From IMG/VR virus record IMGVR_UViG_3300045988_105477: a DNA stretch of 39,638 bases. The stretch is one strand, 5' to 3'. Numbering within the stretch: the first letter of the stretch is position 1; each line of letters starts with the position of its first letter. This stretch comes from a virus. Under the pieces are notes generated by a model that was not told the DNA's origin, did not search any database, and saw only the letters and a program-made list of their open reading frames with translations. This document shows positions 13,941-23,264 of this stretch, piece after piece. Both the position numbers and the translations under genes were made by a program.

Positions 13941-14528
13941 ATGGCTGAATTTGCAAGTAAGGGCGTCGCAGGCACTGCTCTCGGCACCGGCATTGCCGGT
14001 CTGTCTCTGGGCGTCCTGAACTCTCTGGGCGGGCTCGGCGGTATGCTGCTGGGCAATCGCGCCATCCCCTTTGCCGCTGGTATGGCGGCGGAGGCCGGAT
14101 GCAGCGAGAACCACACGGTGAACCGCTACGAGCTGTCCATGGTGCAGGAGAACGCCAAGCTCCGCAGCGACATTGCCCTGCGGGATGCCAACACCTATCA
14201 AGATCAGAAGATGCTGGAGATGTACAAGTACATTGACGGCAAGCTGAGCGAGGTGCAGGGTGTGTTGGCTTCTCAGGCGGTCAATAATCAGGCCACCAAG
14301 GACAGCTTCCAGCTGTTGCAGGAGCGCGTGGACTGCTGCAAGAACGAGCTGTGCGGGGCCATTTCCCGGGAGCGGGACGAGCGGAAGTGCGCTGACAATA
14401 CCATTGTCACCTACACCAACGCCACCTTTTATCCCAAAATGGTCGCGGACATCACCACCGGCACCGGCACCACGCCCCAGTCCACCTATAACCCCCTCCC
14501 CGTCTCCACCTGCGGCTGCGGCTGCTAA
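13941..14528 (+). CDS. Glycine-zipper / coiled-coil protein with C-terminal CGCGC, unknown function
   Basis: 195 aa. GVAGTALGTGIAGLSLGVLNSLGGLGGMLLG N-terminus, a helical centre and a C-terminal ...PLPVSTCGCGC. RBS AAGGAGG. Confidence 0.7.
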   Translation: MAEFASKGVAGTALGTGIAGLSLGVLNSLGGLGGMLLGNRAIPFAAGMAAEAGCSENHTVNRYELSMVQENAKLRSDIALRDANTYQDQKMLEMYKYIDGKLSEVQGVLASQAVNNQATKDSFQLLQERVDCCKNELCGAISRERDERKCADNTIVTYTNATFYPKMVADITTGTGTTPQSTYNPLPVSTCGCGC

Positions 14529-14545
14529 GAGGCGAAGAGGGAAGA

Positions 14546-14570
14546 AGAGAGGGGCATAGCGCCCCTCTCT
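14546..14570 (+). other. Perfect 10-bp intergenic hairpin without a U-tract
   Basis: AGAGAGGGGC-ATAGC-GCCCCTCTCT, between the first and second cassette genes. Confidence 0.6.
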
Positions 14571-14589
14571 CCCGTCATTGGAGGAATCT

Positions 14590-14928
14590 ATGGTAACATT
14601 GGATCAGATCAAGCAGGGCGCTGCCCGCTATGTGGATGAAGAATTTACCGGCAAGCTCACCGGCTGGCAGAAATGGGCGGTCGGTGCCGGGGCTGCTATG
14701 GCCCTGGGCAATCTGGACGCCAGCCTTTCCACCCTCCGGGAGCATCCCGCCGTAAAGGCTCTCGGCGTCTTTGACGAGGCGGGGGACGTAGATATTGACA
14801 AGATCTACACCTGCCTGAAAACCGAAGCCGCCAAAGGCCCCGTCACCACCAATATCCCCCTGATTGGGAACGTCACGCTGAATGAAACGGATGTGGACAA
14901 GCTCTACACCCTCATAAAGCAGAGTTAG
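14590..14928 (+). CDS. Hypothetical protein
   Basis: ATG at 14590 after GGAGGA. 112 aa. The ORF track starts at TTG 14578. Confidence 0.6.
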   Translation: MVTLDQIKQGAARYVDEEFTGKLTGWQKWAVGAGAAMALGNLDASLSTLREHPAVKALGVFDEAGDVDIDKIYTCLKTEAAKGPVTTNIPLIGNVTLNETDVDKLYTLIKQS

Positions 14929-14937
14929 GAGGTTCTT

Positions 14938-15240
14938 ATGCACGAGATCAGACACTTGGCTGAAGAGATCCGGGAAGAACTGGACGATGCCGAGAAGTAC
15001 GCCCGCGAGGCTGCCAAGCACACCGAGGACAGCCCGGAGGACGCCAGCACCTACGCCGACCTCAGCCGTCAGGAGCTGAGCCATGCCAATAAGCTCCACG
15101 AAATGGCCGTTCGCCATATCGAAAAGGCGAAGGACGCCGGTCACCATCCCACGGAGGCCATGCAGGCCGTCTGGGACTGGGAGCATGAACGGATGCTGGA
15201 CCGCGCCGCCCATGTGAAAACGCTCCTGTCCATGATGTAA
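14938..15240 (+). CDS. Helical-bundle-like hypothetical protein
   Basis: 100 aa, strongly helical and charged (EEIREELDDAEKYAREAAKH...ELSHANKLHEMAVRHIEKAKD). RBS AGGAGG. Confidence 0.6.
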   Translation: MHEIRHLAEEIREELDDAEKYAREAAKHTEDSPEDASTYADLSRQELSHANKLHEMAVRHIEKAKDAGHHPTEAMQAVWDWEHERMLDRAAHVKTLLSMM

Positions 15241-15247
15241 CGCCAAA

Positions 15248-15280
15248 GAAACACCCCCGCCAGACGGCGAGGGTGTTTTC
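15248..15280. terminator. Bidirectional terminator at the convergence of the plus cassette and the minus late operon
   Basis: AACACCC-CCGCC-AGAC-GGCG-A-GGGTGTT hairpin, flanked by an A-run upstream and a T-run downstream. It abuts both stop codons. Confidence 0.75.
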
Positions 15281-18200
15281 TTATTTGTAGGGGTTCTTGG
15301 CGTTGGTGGTGCAGATAATGTCCCACAGGTCCGCCCGGTTTTCCTGACCGGCAAGGGCGGCGCTGGCCTCCGCCTTGCTGACCCTGCCGTTTCCGTCCGC
15401 GTCGGCCCTGTCCTTCATGGAGAAATACTCCTTGGGGGAAAGTCCGGCATCATGCGCCTGCTTTACCTTCTCATAGGCTTTCCCACTCATTTTCTCGCTG
15501 CCGTACTTCTGGTACAGAGCCAGAAATTCCCCGGTGGATACGCCGATATCCCGTTTGGCCGTCTGCGCGTTTTTGATCCATGCGGCGCTTGGCTCATACT
15601 TGGGGTCCACCTGCTGACGGGCCGTCTCTCTGGCGTACTTGTAGACGTTCTGGATGTAGTCCGCCTTTTCCGCATTGCTCATGGACTTGTAGGCGGGCAG
15701 CTTCACCGCCGCCTCCACCAGTTCTTTCCGCGTCTGGCCCATGGCCTTGGCGTACCGGGTGTATTCCTCGCCGGTCAGGGGCCGGGGCTCACCCTTCACC
15801 GTATAAGACTTCTCCGCCGCCGCCGGATAAACGGTGCTGTCTCCGGTGGCCTTTGCCAGCCGCCGGATCTCCTGCGTGGCGGGGCTGTTGTCCTGCGCCT
15901 TCAGGAAGCCGGGGGAGAGGAAAGACTGGAACACCCGCTCCGGCGCGGAGCCGTTGGATACCTCATTGCCCCACATATCCACCATGGGCTGAAGCTGGTT
16001 CCGTGCGCCGAGGACCTTTTTCGCCGCCCCCTGCAAGAAATAGTTCACGTCAGAGGCTACCTGCCCGGAACCCTTTTCCACATAGCTTTTGCGCACCGTA
16101 TCATCAAATACGGACGCAACCTTGCTGCCGATGGTGGGGATATACTGTCCGGCGTAGCTGCTGGCCGCCTTGCTGATAAGATATGCCCCCGGATCATCCG
16201 CATAACTCCAATAGGAGATCAGATCATTCAGGGCGGACAGCATGGAGGTTTCCCAAATAACACTGCCAATATTCTTAGTGGCATCTACAAGAGAAACAAA
16301 TGTCCCGCCGCCCTTCTGAACGGATTTCATGGTGGCAGCGCCCGCGAACAGGGGCATTGCCGCAGGAAGCGCCCAGTCCAATGTATAGGACTTGTCCCCG
16401 ATCTGAATAGCATAATCCTGCCCGCCCATGGACCTCTCAAAGGATTCCTCCTTGTCATCATCACCGGCCCGGACGTGGAGCAGCCCCTCCGCCGCCAGAT
16501 AAGCGCCCAGCGCAAAAATGCCGGTGCCGGTGAGCCCGGATGCAAGGGAATCCACGGCATCCGCCGCCGTGCATTTCCCGGACTTCACGTCAAACATGGC
16601 TTCTTTGATGCCTTTGGCAAGCCCCACAGGGCTATAATCAAGGCCCGTGGTTAGGATGTTGGCTGGGGTCTTGCGAAAGGGGAGAAGCGCATCGGTTACA
16701 AAACTTATACCGCGCTCAACAATATTGTCACTCGCATCATACCGGCCTCGCTTAGACAGCGCCTCAGAAAGAGCCGTGGTGTTGCGGTATGTAGCCTTCT
16801 GCGCTTCCTCGATGGCGTAGGCCCGCGCCGCCTCCACGTCTGCGGCTCTGGTCCCCGCGTTGGCCTCTGCCGCCGTGACCCCCTTGGCTTGCAGCGCTTG
16901 GGCGAAGCTGTCCACATAGGCGTTCCGGTTGAAGATCAAATCCTCACGATCCAGCAATTCGCTGTTCTTTTCGCCTATCCACTGGATAGACCGGGAGAGA
17001 ACGTCCTCCCCCTTGAACATTTTCCGCTTGCTCTGGATCTCACGCTCAATGCCTGCTGTCGTGGCATCGGAATACTTCCCGCTGCCCATGGCCGCGCTCT
17101 GGTCTGTCTCATACTGGCCCTTGGCAAAGTCTTTTAGATCCTTGTCAACATTCACGGCCTTTGTCCGCTGAGAGGGGTCCTTGATGACCGCCCGCTCGAT
17201 TGCGGTTCCGATGCCGTCCTTGATCTTTCGCGCACCCATCTGAATGGCGTTGCCCATGATGTTGCGGATGTGGGTGGTGGGGTTGGTCAGCATGGAGGTG
17301 TACCGCCAGAAATTGGCCTTCTCCATGAAGGTGCTGGGGATCTGGTCTGCAATGGAGGTGGTAATGGCGTCCCACGCCGCCGCCCGCTCCGCGTCCGTCT
17401 CTGCCATCAGGTAGTTGGTGGCCAGCTCGTCAGAGAGGGTAAAGCCCGTCACCTTGTCGATGTAGTCCACCCGTGCGCCTTCCACGTCTCCGCTGTCGGC
17501 GGTGCTCTGCCGGGGCGTCCGGTTCTGCCGTGCCGCCCGGTCATTCATCCGGTCTACCAGCCGCCGCAGCGTCAGCAGACGGCCCTCCGGCGTCAACCGG
17601 TTCATCAGGTTCATGGCCTGTACCATCTGTGCGCTGTCGTGAGCCGCGTCCGCAATGGCCGTTGCCAGCTCAAAAGCAACCTTATGATCTCCTTCGGAAA
17701 TGGCAAGGTTGTAGGCGCTGATGGCCTCGGCGGTGTCCGCCTTGGTGATCCGCTGCCCCAGCTCCGCCTTGGCAATGAAGCTGTTTGCCACCTCCTGCCA
17801 GCCGTCCCGCGCGATCTTGGCCTGCGCCTGCTGCACCGCGCCCTGGTCGGTCTGTACGGTGTAGTCAAATTTGCCCCCGGCAATGGCACTTTCGTAGATC
17901 GGCTTCATTTCTTCGGAGGTCATGGGGCTGTTGAGAATGGTGCTCACCGTCTTTGTGATGTTGTTCCCGGTATCCGGGTTCACGGTGGGCACTTCCGAGG
18001 GGGCTATGTTCTGCTCATTCATGACCCGCCGTGCGCTGTTCTCGTTGATCGGGTGGAACGTATCGCTTTTCGCCTGCATCCGGTCAAAGGGCGTATTCAC
18101 CGCACCCGCCACGGCGTCTCCCGGCGTGTCAAACTCTGCCGCGCCGCCGTTCTTGACATTTTCCGCCTCCTGTGCTATGCTATCATTAGCATTGAGGGGA

Positions 18201-20314
18201 CGCGTACCCTCAACAGGAACTGTTCTCATGGCGTTTGCAGCGGGATCTCGACCCGTGTCAGCATTCGTCATTGGGGACAGTTCTATTTCGTTCAGCTTAT
18301 GAGTGCGGTAGTTGTTTACATCCGGGAATGCCTCAACATCGAAAGAGGCGATATACTGTTTCCCATTGATTTCAACCGGCGCTTCGAAGTAATCAAAGCG
18401 AACCGTCTTTTTTGCCTTGGAACCGTGGGGAACATATTCCCCGCTCCCTACATAAGTGCCATTGCGTACCACATCAGGCAGATTATCCAGCAAAGCCAGT
18501 TTTTCCGCAGTCAGATTTGTGTCGCTGATAACTTTCCCGGGGACACTATTCGGAATGTCCACCGCATAGGGCTGCCCGCCGAAAGAGGTTCCCTCTACAA
18601 CAACGCCCGTTGCGGGCTTGAAGATGCTCTTGTAGACGTTCTTCAGCGTACTCTTAAAGCTCTGCCCCGGCAGAGAAGATTCCAGTCCCCGCGCCCCAGC
18701 AATACGGTTCTGTGCTTGGGTCAAGGCTTCGCTGCTCACCTGCACCGGCGCTGTGTTCTGCCGCTGGGTCTGGGTCGGCACTTCGCCCTTGTAAGGCTTC
18801 TTGATGGTAGTCGCCTGACCAACCCGAATATTCTCCGCCGTCTCCACTCCGGGGGCGGCGTTTTTCGCGCCCTCTGCGGAGTTTGCGGGGGTGGGGGTAT
18901 AAGTCCCGTCCCGAACGTCTGCTTGCGCTCCTGGGGCCTCCTGCGTAGCCGTAGGGGTGTTTCTTGCATTGATTGCGCTGTTGATAAACGTCTGCCCGCC
19001 GCCAAGGATGCCGCCCACGACAGCGCCGCCTGCAAATTCCTGTGCTGCTGTGCGGGGGTTCAGAATGGCGTTTTCATCGGAGAGGGACGCGAGAGGATTC
19101 CCCTTGTGGTATACGGAGTTCTGCATGGCGCGTTCGATAACACCCTGCACCACTTCTTCTTTTCCCTCGTCCACCATGGAATCCACCCATGCTTTCCATG
19201 TAGCCGCGCCATGCTTCAGTTCTTCCGGCAGGGTCTGAATACCTCCGCCTACCTCAACCTCCGCATTCAGCAGGCCGTTGCCAATGGCGTACAGGGCGGC
19301 TTTCGTCCGGGCGGTATTGTTATCATATCTGCCGGACACCCGCATATCCTGCAAAGCCTGCTCATAGCCGTCGCCCACAACCTGCCCAAAGGAAAGCCAG
19401 TACTGCGGGTCTTTTGCTGCTTCAGTCACGGCGCTTCGGACGGTGTTTAACACACTGGGGGAAAGTTCTTTTGCTGCGGTTGAGGCAAGTCCCGCCGCCG
19501 TGCCGGCTTCACTGGCGCCGCTCGTCATCAGGGCAAGAACTGCTTGCGGCACTGCCGCCACAGTAGCACTGCCATAAGTGTCGAAAAGTTCCGCTGCCTT
19601 TCCGCCTTTGGCAATGTTCTCTGCATATTTTTCCTGCAATTCCTGCCCGTTTCGCTGGATTCCTTTCGCCCAAGTATTAAATGGAGCCGTGTCGGAAATA
19701 GCGCCGAGTTCCTGTCCGGAAAACAACTCAAAGGGAGCCAAGAGCAAATCTTCCGCAAATGCAGCGGTGTTGCCCGCTGCCTGTGCTATCTGCTGCCCGC
19801 CTTTCAGGGCAACGCTCTCTAATCCTTTGCGTAAGGAGTATTGGCCGCTCCGGTCTTTTCCGATGCTGGGCGCAGCAACTTCCTGCTTCTGGGCTGTCCG
19901 CAAATTCCCGGCGTTGTACCGGCTATTGGGTGCCGCCGCGTTCCGGCTCACCTGTCCAAGCTGACCGGCATAAGAAATCTGCCGGGGCTGTGCATTTTCC
20001 GCAACGCGGCCCGGAGCCTTATTCTGCGTGGCAATCTCAAAGAAGGACTTTTTCTGCGCAGACGATTTGTTGTTCTTCCCGGCGCTGGCGTTCCCCATAG
20101 GCTGGGGGGAGGCAGAAGGCGTAACGGCCTTCGTCTCCTTGGCCTTGGCTCCGATTTTCGAGGTGTCTCCCACAACCTTGAAGCCGTTCAGCGTCCGGTT
20201 TTCCCCATTGGCAGAAGGCGCGGTGCTCGTCTGCCCCGCGCCTCCATGCTTGACGCCCGCTCCGATCATGGAGGTATCTCCAATCACCTTAAATCCGTTC
20301 AGTGTGTTTGCCAT
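15281..20314 (-). CDS. Giant (1677 aa) virion-associated/ejection-type protein, function unknown
   Basis: Uninterrupted ORF with RBS AAAGGTG. Duplicated N-terminal TLNGFKV(I/V)GDTSxIGA module, hydrophobic helices (TGTGIFALGAYLAAEGLL; LPAAMPLFAGAATM) and a C-terminal DADGNGRVSKAE calcium-loop-like motif. Confidence 0.8.
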   Translation of the reverse strand: MANTLNGFKVIGDTSMIGAGVKHGGAGQTSTAPSANGENRTLNGFKVVGDTSKIGAKAKETKAVTPSASPQPMGNASAGKNNKSSAQKKSFFEIATQNKAPGRVAENAQPRQISYAGQLGQVSRNAAAPNSRYNAGNLRTAQKQEVAAPSIGKDRSGQYSLRKGLESVALKGGQQIAQAAGNTAAFAEDLLLAPFELFSGQELGAISDTAPFNTWAKGIQRNGQELQEKYAENIAKGGKAAELFDTYGSATVAAVPQAVLALMTSGASEAGTAAGLASTAAKELSPSVLNTVRSAVTEAAKDPQYWLSFGQVVGDGYEQALQDMRVSGRYDNNTARTKAALYAIGNGLLNAEVEVGGGIQTLPEELKHGAATWKAWVDSMVDEGKEEVVQGVIERAMQNSVYHKGNPLASLSDENAILNPRTAAQEFAGGAVVGGILGGGQTFINSAINARNTPTATQEAPGAQADVRDGTYTPTPANSAEGAKNAAPGVETAENIRVGQATTIKKPYKGEVPTQTQRQNTAPVQVSSEALTQAQNRIAGARGLESSLPGQSFKSTLKNVYKSIFKPATGVVVEGTSFGGQPYAVDIPNSVPGKVISDTNLTAEKLALLDNLPDVVRNGTYVGSGEYVPHGSKAKKTVRFDYFEAPVEINGKQYIASFDVEAFPDVNNYRTHKLNEIELSPMTNADTGRDPAANAMRTVPVEGTRPLNANDSIAQEAENVKNGGAAEFDTPGDAVAGAVNTPFDRMQAKSDTFHPINENSARRVMNEQNIAPSEVPTVNPDTGNNITKTVSTILNSPMTSEEMKPIYESAIAGGKFDYTVQTDQGAVQQAQAKIARDGWQEVANSFIAKAELGQRITKADTAEAISAYNLAISEGDHKVAFELATAIADAAHDSAQMVQAMNLMNRLTPEGRLLTLRRLVDRMNDRAARQNRTPRQSTADSGDVEGARVDYIDKVTGFTLSDELATNYLMAETDAERAAAWDAITTSIADQIPSTFMEKANFWRYTSMLTNPTTHIRNIMGNAIQMGARKIKDGIGTAIERAVIKDPSQRTKAVNVDKDLKDFAKGQYETDQSAAMGSGKYSDATTAGIEREIQSKRKMFKGEDVLSRSIQWIGEKNSELLDREDLIFNRNAYVDSFAQALQAKGVTAAEANAGTRAADVEAARAYAIEEAQKATYRNTTALSEALSKRGRYDASDNIVERGISFVTDALLPFRKTPANILTTGLDYSPVGLAKGIKEAMFDVKSGKCTAADAVDSLASGLTGTGIFALGAYLAAEGLLHVRAGDDDKEESFERSMGGQDYAIQIGDKSYTLDWALPAAMPLFAGAATMKSVQKGGGTFVSLVDATKNIGSVIWETSMLSALNDLISYWSYADDPGAYLISKAASSYAGQYIPTIGSKVASVFDDTVRKSYVEKGSGQVASDVNYFLQGAAKKVLGARNQLQPMVDMWGNEVSNGSAPERVFQSFLSPGFLKAQDNSPATQEIRRLAKATGDSTVYPAAAEKSYTVKGEPRPLTGEEYTRYAKAMGQTRKELVEAAVKLPAYKSMSNAEKADYIQNVYKYARETARQQVDPKYEPSAAWIKNAQTAKRDIGVSTGEFLALYQKYGSEKMSGKAYEKVKQAHDAGLSPKEYFSMKDRADADGNGRVSKAEASAALAGQENRADLWDIICTTNAKNPYK

Positions 20315-20327
20315 AATGACGCACCTT

Positions 20328-22226
20328 TCAATAAGAAATTCCGTACCGCGCCAACAGGTTCTGGACGGTCTGCTTCTGGCTGGCGGAGAGCTTGTCCCAC
20401 ATGGAAGAAATGCCGCTGTAAAGCGTGTCCGTCTTGCCCTGATCCAGTGCGGAGCGGATGCTGCTCATGGCCGCGTTGAAGTGGCTGGCGTTGTACCCGG
20501 CGCCGCTGCCGCCCTGATACGACGCCCACGCTTCATCCGCAGACAGTCCACCAGCCGCCGCCTTGGAGTTCTTGCCCCACTTGCCGTCTGCCGTCACGCT
20601 GTAAGCCTCCTGCATCTCCTTGACCTGTGCAGAAGTCAGCTTCCCGTTGTTGTAGCTGGAAATGGTATTCCCACTCTTTTTTGTGGGTGTTGTATCAGTC
20701 ACCAGCTTCCCAGTGCCGTACAGGGAATCGTAGGCCCCCTGCCCGTAGTAGTAATCAAAAGCGGAAATCACGTCATCCGTGATAATCCCGTTCTTGATGG
20801 CGTTTTGTGCCTGAGAGGCCGTCAGGGTGGGCTTCGTGGATGTCATGGCGCTCTGCGCCTTGGCGGTCAGTGCCGCCGCCTGCTGCGCCGCCAGTTCGCT
20901 CTGCCGCACATACTCCTGATACAGTGCGTCCGCCAGTTCCGCGTTGCCGGTGGCCTCTGCCTGCGCAATGGCGTTTTTGTAGGTGGTTTCCAGATTGGCA
21001 CGCTGCAAATCCAGATCGGAAAGGGCCTGCGCCTGCTGCCGGTCAATGTCGGAGAGATTCTGCTGGTAAACCACATCCTGCGCCAGCGCCGCCTGCCCGG
21101 TGGTGCCGGTGTTCAGCCCCTGGGCTACCGCCATTTCATTGAAGGCCCCACGGCTCAGGGCGTTCTGGTTGGCGGCACTGTTTCGGGCAATGTCATAACT
21201 CTGGGGAATCTGCTCCCGTGCCGCGTCCAGAGAGTTCACATTCTGCTCATAGGCGGATTTCAGGCTGGCCAACTCCGCCGCCACCTTGTCCGCGTAAAGC
21301 TGTTTCAGGTAATCGCTGCCGTCCCCGATGTCATAGGAACGCCCTGTGGCATTCAGGATGGAACCTGATGCTCCAGTGGTTCCGCCGCCCTGACTTACAA
21401 AATCTCCGTAGTTCTGCACCTGCCCTGCCCCCTGTGCGCCGGGAGACGTGTCCGTCCCCATGAGATAGCGGTAATACTGGGTTTCGCTGCTTTCAGGAGT
21501 GGTGGAAAGGCCAAGCCTTCCCCGCAAGTCGTTGACCCGGGACAGTGCCCCGCTGTCCGTCACATAGCCGTTCTTGTCGATGAAATACCCGTACCCCGCG
21601 CGAATGGCATTGGCCGCCTGATTCGCCTGGTCACCGGAAATCAACCCGGCATTCATCTGCGCCCGGATGTCCGCAATCTTCTGCCGGTCGGAAGCGGACA
21701 GCATTTCGTTGTCCGTCCACGCGCCGCTTTTGCCATAACTACCGTTCCCCGCGTTGATGTCCTGATGGGGGGTATAATCTGCCACGCCCTTCACGGCCTT
21801 TTTGGCGTATCCGTTCTCATCGTAAAACACGGTATAGCCGTTGGACACCGCGTACCTGCCAGCCAGATCAGGGCGTCTGCTCATATCCGCGCCTACCTGA
21901 TAGGTCACGCCGCCCTGCGTGTAGTTCTTTGCCTCGGAGTTACTGGAGGGCATCCCGTAAACGCCGCCGCCGTTGTCCTCGCGGGTGTATTCCACGCCCT
22001 TGTAGCTGCCCTTGGAACTGCCGCCGGAGGAACTGTTACCCCGATCGCTGTTATACTCGTTTCCATACCGTCCGCCGGAATATCCGGCATTGCCGCGGAT
22101 GCTTTCTGCCGCTTTGTGAGCGTCAGCCCACGACATTTCGCCCCGCTGTGCTTTGGACGTTACATCCGCAATGCGGTCTTGGTCCTTCTGAGATAGGTTT
22201 TTCTTATCGTATTCAGAAACTGCCAT
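20328..22226 (-). CDS. 632-aa protein with internal duplicated module and a peptidoglycan-binding-like C-terminal segment
   Basis: RBS AAGGAGG. LSQKDQDRIADV...AAESIRGNAGY versus LSASDRQKIADI...AANAIRAGYGY. LTSAQVKEMQEAYSVTADGKWGKNSKAA resembles a PG_binding_1 helix-loop. Confidence 0.7.
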   Translation of the reverse strand: MAVSEYDKKNLSQKDQDRIADVTSKAQRGEMSWADAHKAAESIRGNAGYSGGRYGNEYNSDRGNSSSGGSSKGSYKGVEYTREDNGGGVYGMPSSNSEAKNYTQGGVTYQVGADMSRRPDLAGRYAVSNGYTVFYDENGYAKKAVKGVADYTPHQDINAGNGSYGKSGAWTDNEMLSASDRQKIADIRAQMNAGLISGDQANQAANAIRAGYGYFIDKNGYVTDSGALSRVNDLRGRLGLSTTPESSETQYYRYLMGTDTSPGAQGAGQVQNYGDFVSQGGGTTGASGSILNATGRSYDIGDGSDYLKQLYADKVAAELASLKSAYEQNVNSLDAAREQIPQSYDIARNSAANQNALSRGAFNEMAVAQGLNTGTTGQAALAQDVVYQQNLSDIDRQQAQALSDLDLQRANLETTYKNAIAQAEATGNAELADALYQEYVRQSELAAQQAAALTAKAQSAMTSTKPTLTASQAQNAIKNGIITDDVISAFDYYYGQGAYDSLYGTGKLVTDTTPTKKSGNTISSYNNGKLTSAQVKEMQEAYSVTADGKWGKNSKAAAGGLSADEAWASYQGGSGAGYNASHFNAAMSSIRSALDQGKTDTLYSGISSMWDKLSASQKQTVQNLLARYGISY

Positions 22227-22238
22227 ACTTGGTCCTCC

Positions 22239-23264
22239 TTATCCGTTCCAGTCGGCCGTAGTCTCCCGGACGTCGATATGGGTAAAACCCTTTTTTGCAT
22301 AGACCCCCACGCCGCCCCAGTCCGGCATGATCTTCCGGGCATAGGCTGCCACCGCTGCCGGCGTCTGCCCCTTGACCACGATGTCCGCCGCCGTGCCATA
22401 GCAGTGCTGGGAGTGCTCCGCGCCGCCCTGCGCAGCGTTGTACTGCGGCGTCCGGTAGCCGCTGTTGATGGTGACCGCCGCCCCGAAATGGTCACGAATG
22501 GTCTGCAATACCATCACCAGCCGGGGCGCCACCAGCACCGCGTCAGAGCCGTCGCGGCAGGCAAACTCGCTGACTTTGAAGTTGCCGGACAGCTTCTTGG
22601 TGCCGTCCTTCGCCTTGCTGTAGGCGTTGATCTCTACCATAGGTTTCTCTCCTTCCGGCTCGAATGCGTCCCCGCTCTTGTACTTCCAGACCAGGAAGAA
22701 CGGAATTACCCGCCCATCCCCGGTAAAGCCATTGCCCTCGCTGTCCATAAAGCAGGTACTCCCGCCGCCGTCCATCATGATGGCGTTGTCCCAGCCGGAG
22801 GATGCCAGCAAATCCCGCAGCTGCTCCGGCGTCCGCCTGTCCCGGCTGACGTAGTAGGCAAACCGGCCGTCTTTCGTACCAATAGCCGTCCGTGCCGCCT
22901 TGTACTTCATGTCTGCCCCGCAGTGGATGGGGCTGATCTTCTTGCCGTCAATCAGAATATGGACGCACTCCATATAGTTTGCGCCGCCGTTGGGTACCTG
23001 CTTCACACCGAAATTCTCCGGCGTGTTCCAGCTGATGCCCCATGCCGTATAGTTCGGCTTGCGCTTCACAGCGCCGTTTGCTTTCAGATGGCAGGCAGGG
23101 GACAGATTCCGCAGGAAAATCGCCCCGTTGCAGAGGGCGTCCCCACCGGCGTCTGCCAGCATCTTTTTCAGGTTCCCGGTGGTGGAGCGCAGACGCTTGG
23201 TATTGAAGTAAATCTTAATCCACTGTAGGCCGGAGAGCGGGACAGTGCCCGCTCTCGTCATCAT
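22239..23264 (-). CDS. Two-domain endolysin: phosphodiester glycosidase (NAGPA/DUF2233-like) plus peptidase M15A-like
   Basis: NGAIF...AIMMDGGGSTCF in the N-terminal half. SGYRTPQYNAAQGGAEHSQHCYGTAADI ... GFTHIDVR in the C-terminal half. Lies directly downstream of the holin gene. Confidence 0.75.
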   Translation of the reverse strand: MMTRAGTVPLSGLQWIKIYFNTKRLRSTTGNLKKMLADAGGDALCNGAIFLRNLSPACHLKANGAVKRKPNYTAWGISWNTPENFGVKQVPNGGANYMECVHILIDGKKISPIHCGADMKYKAARTAIGTKDGRFAYYVSRDRRTPEQLRDLLASSGWDNAIMMDGGGSTCFMDSEGNGFTGDGRVIPFFLVWKYKSGDAFEPEGEKPMVEINAYSKAKDGTKKLSGNFKVSEFACRDGSDAVLVAPRLVMVLQTIRDHFGAAVTINSGYRTPQYNAAQGGAEHSQHCYGTAADIVVKGQTPAAVAAYARKIMPDWGGVGVYAKKGFTHIDVRETTADWNG

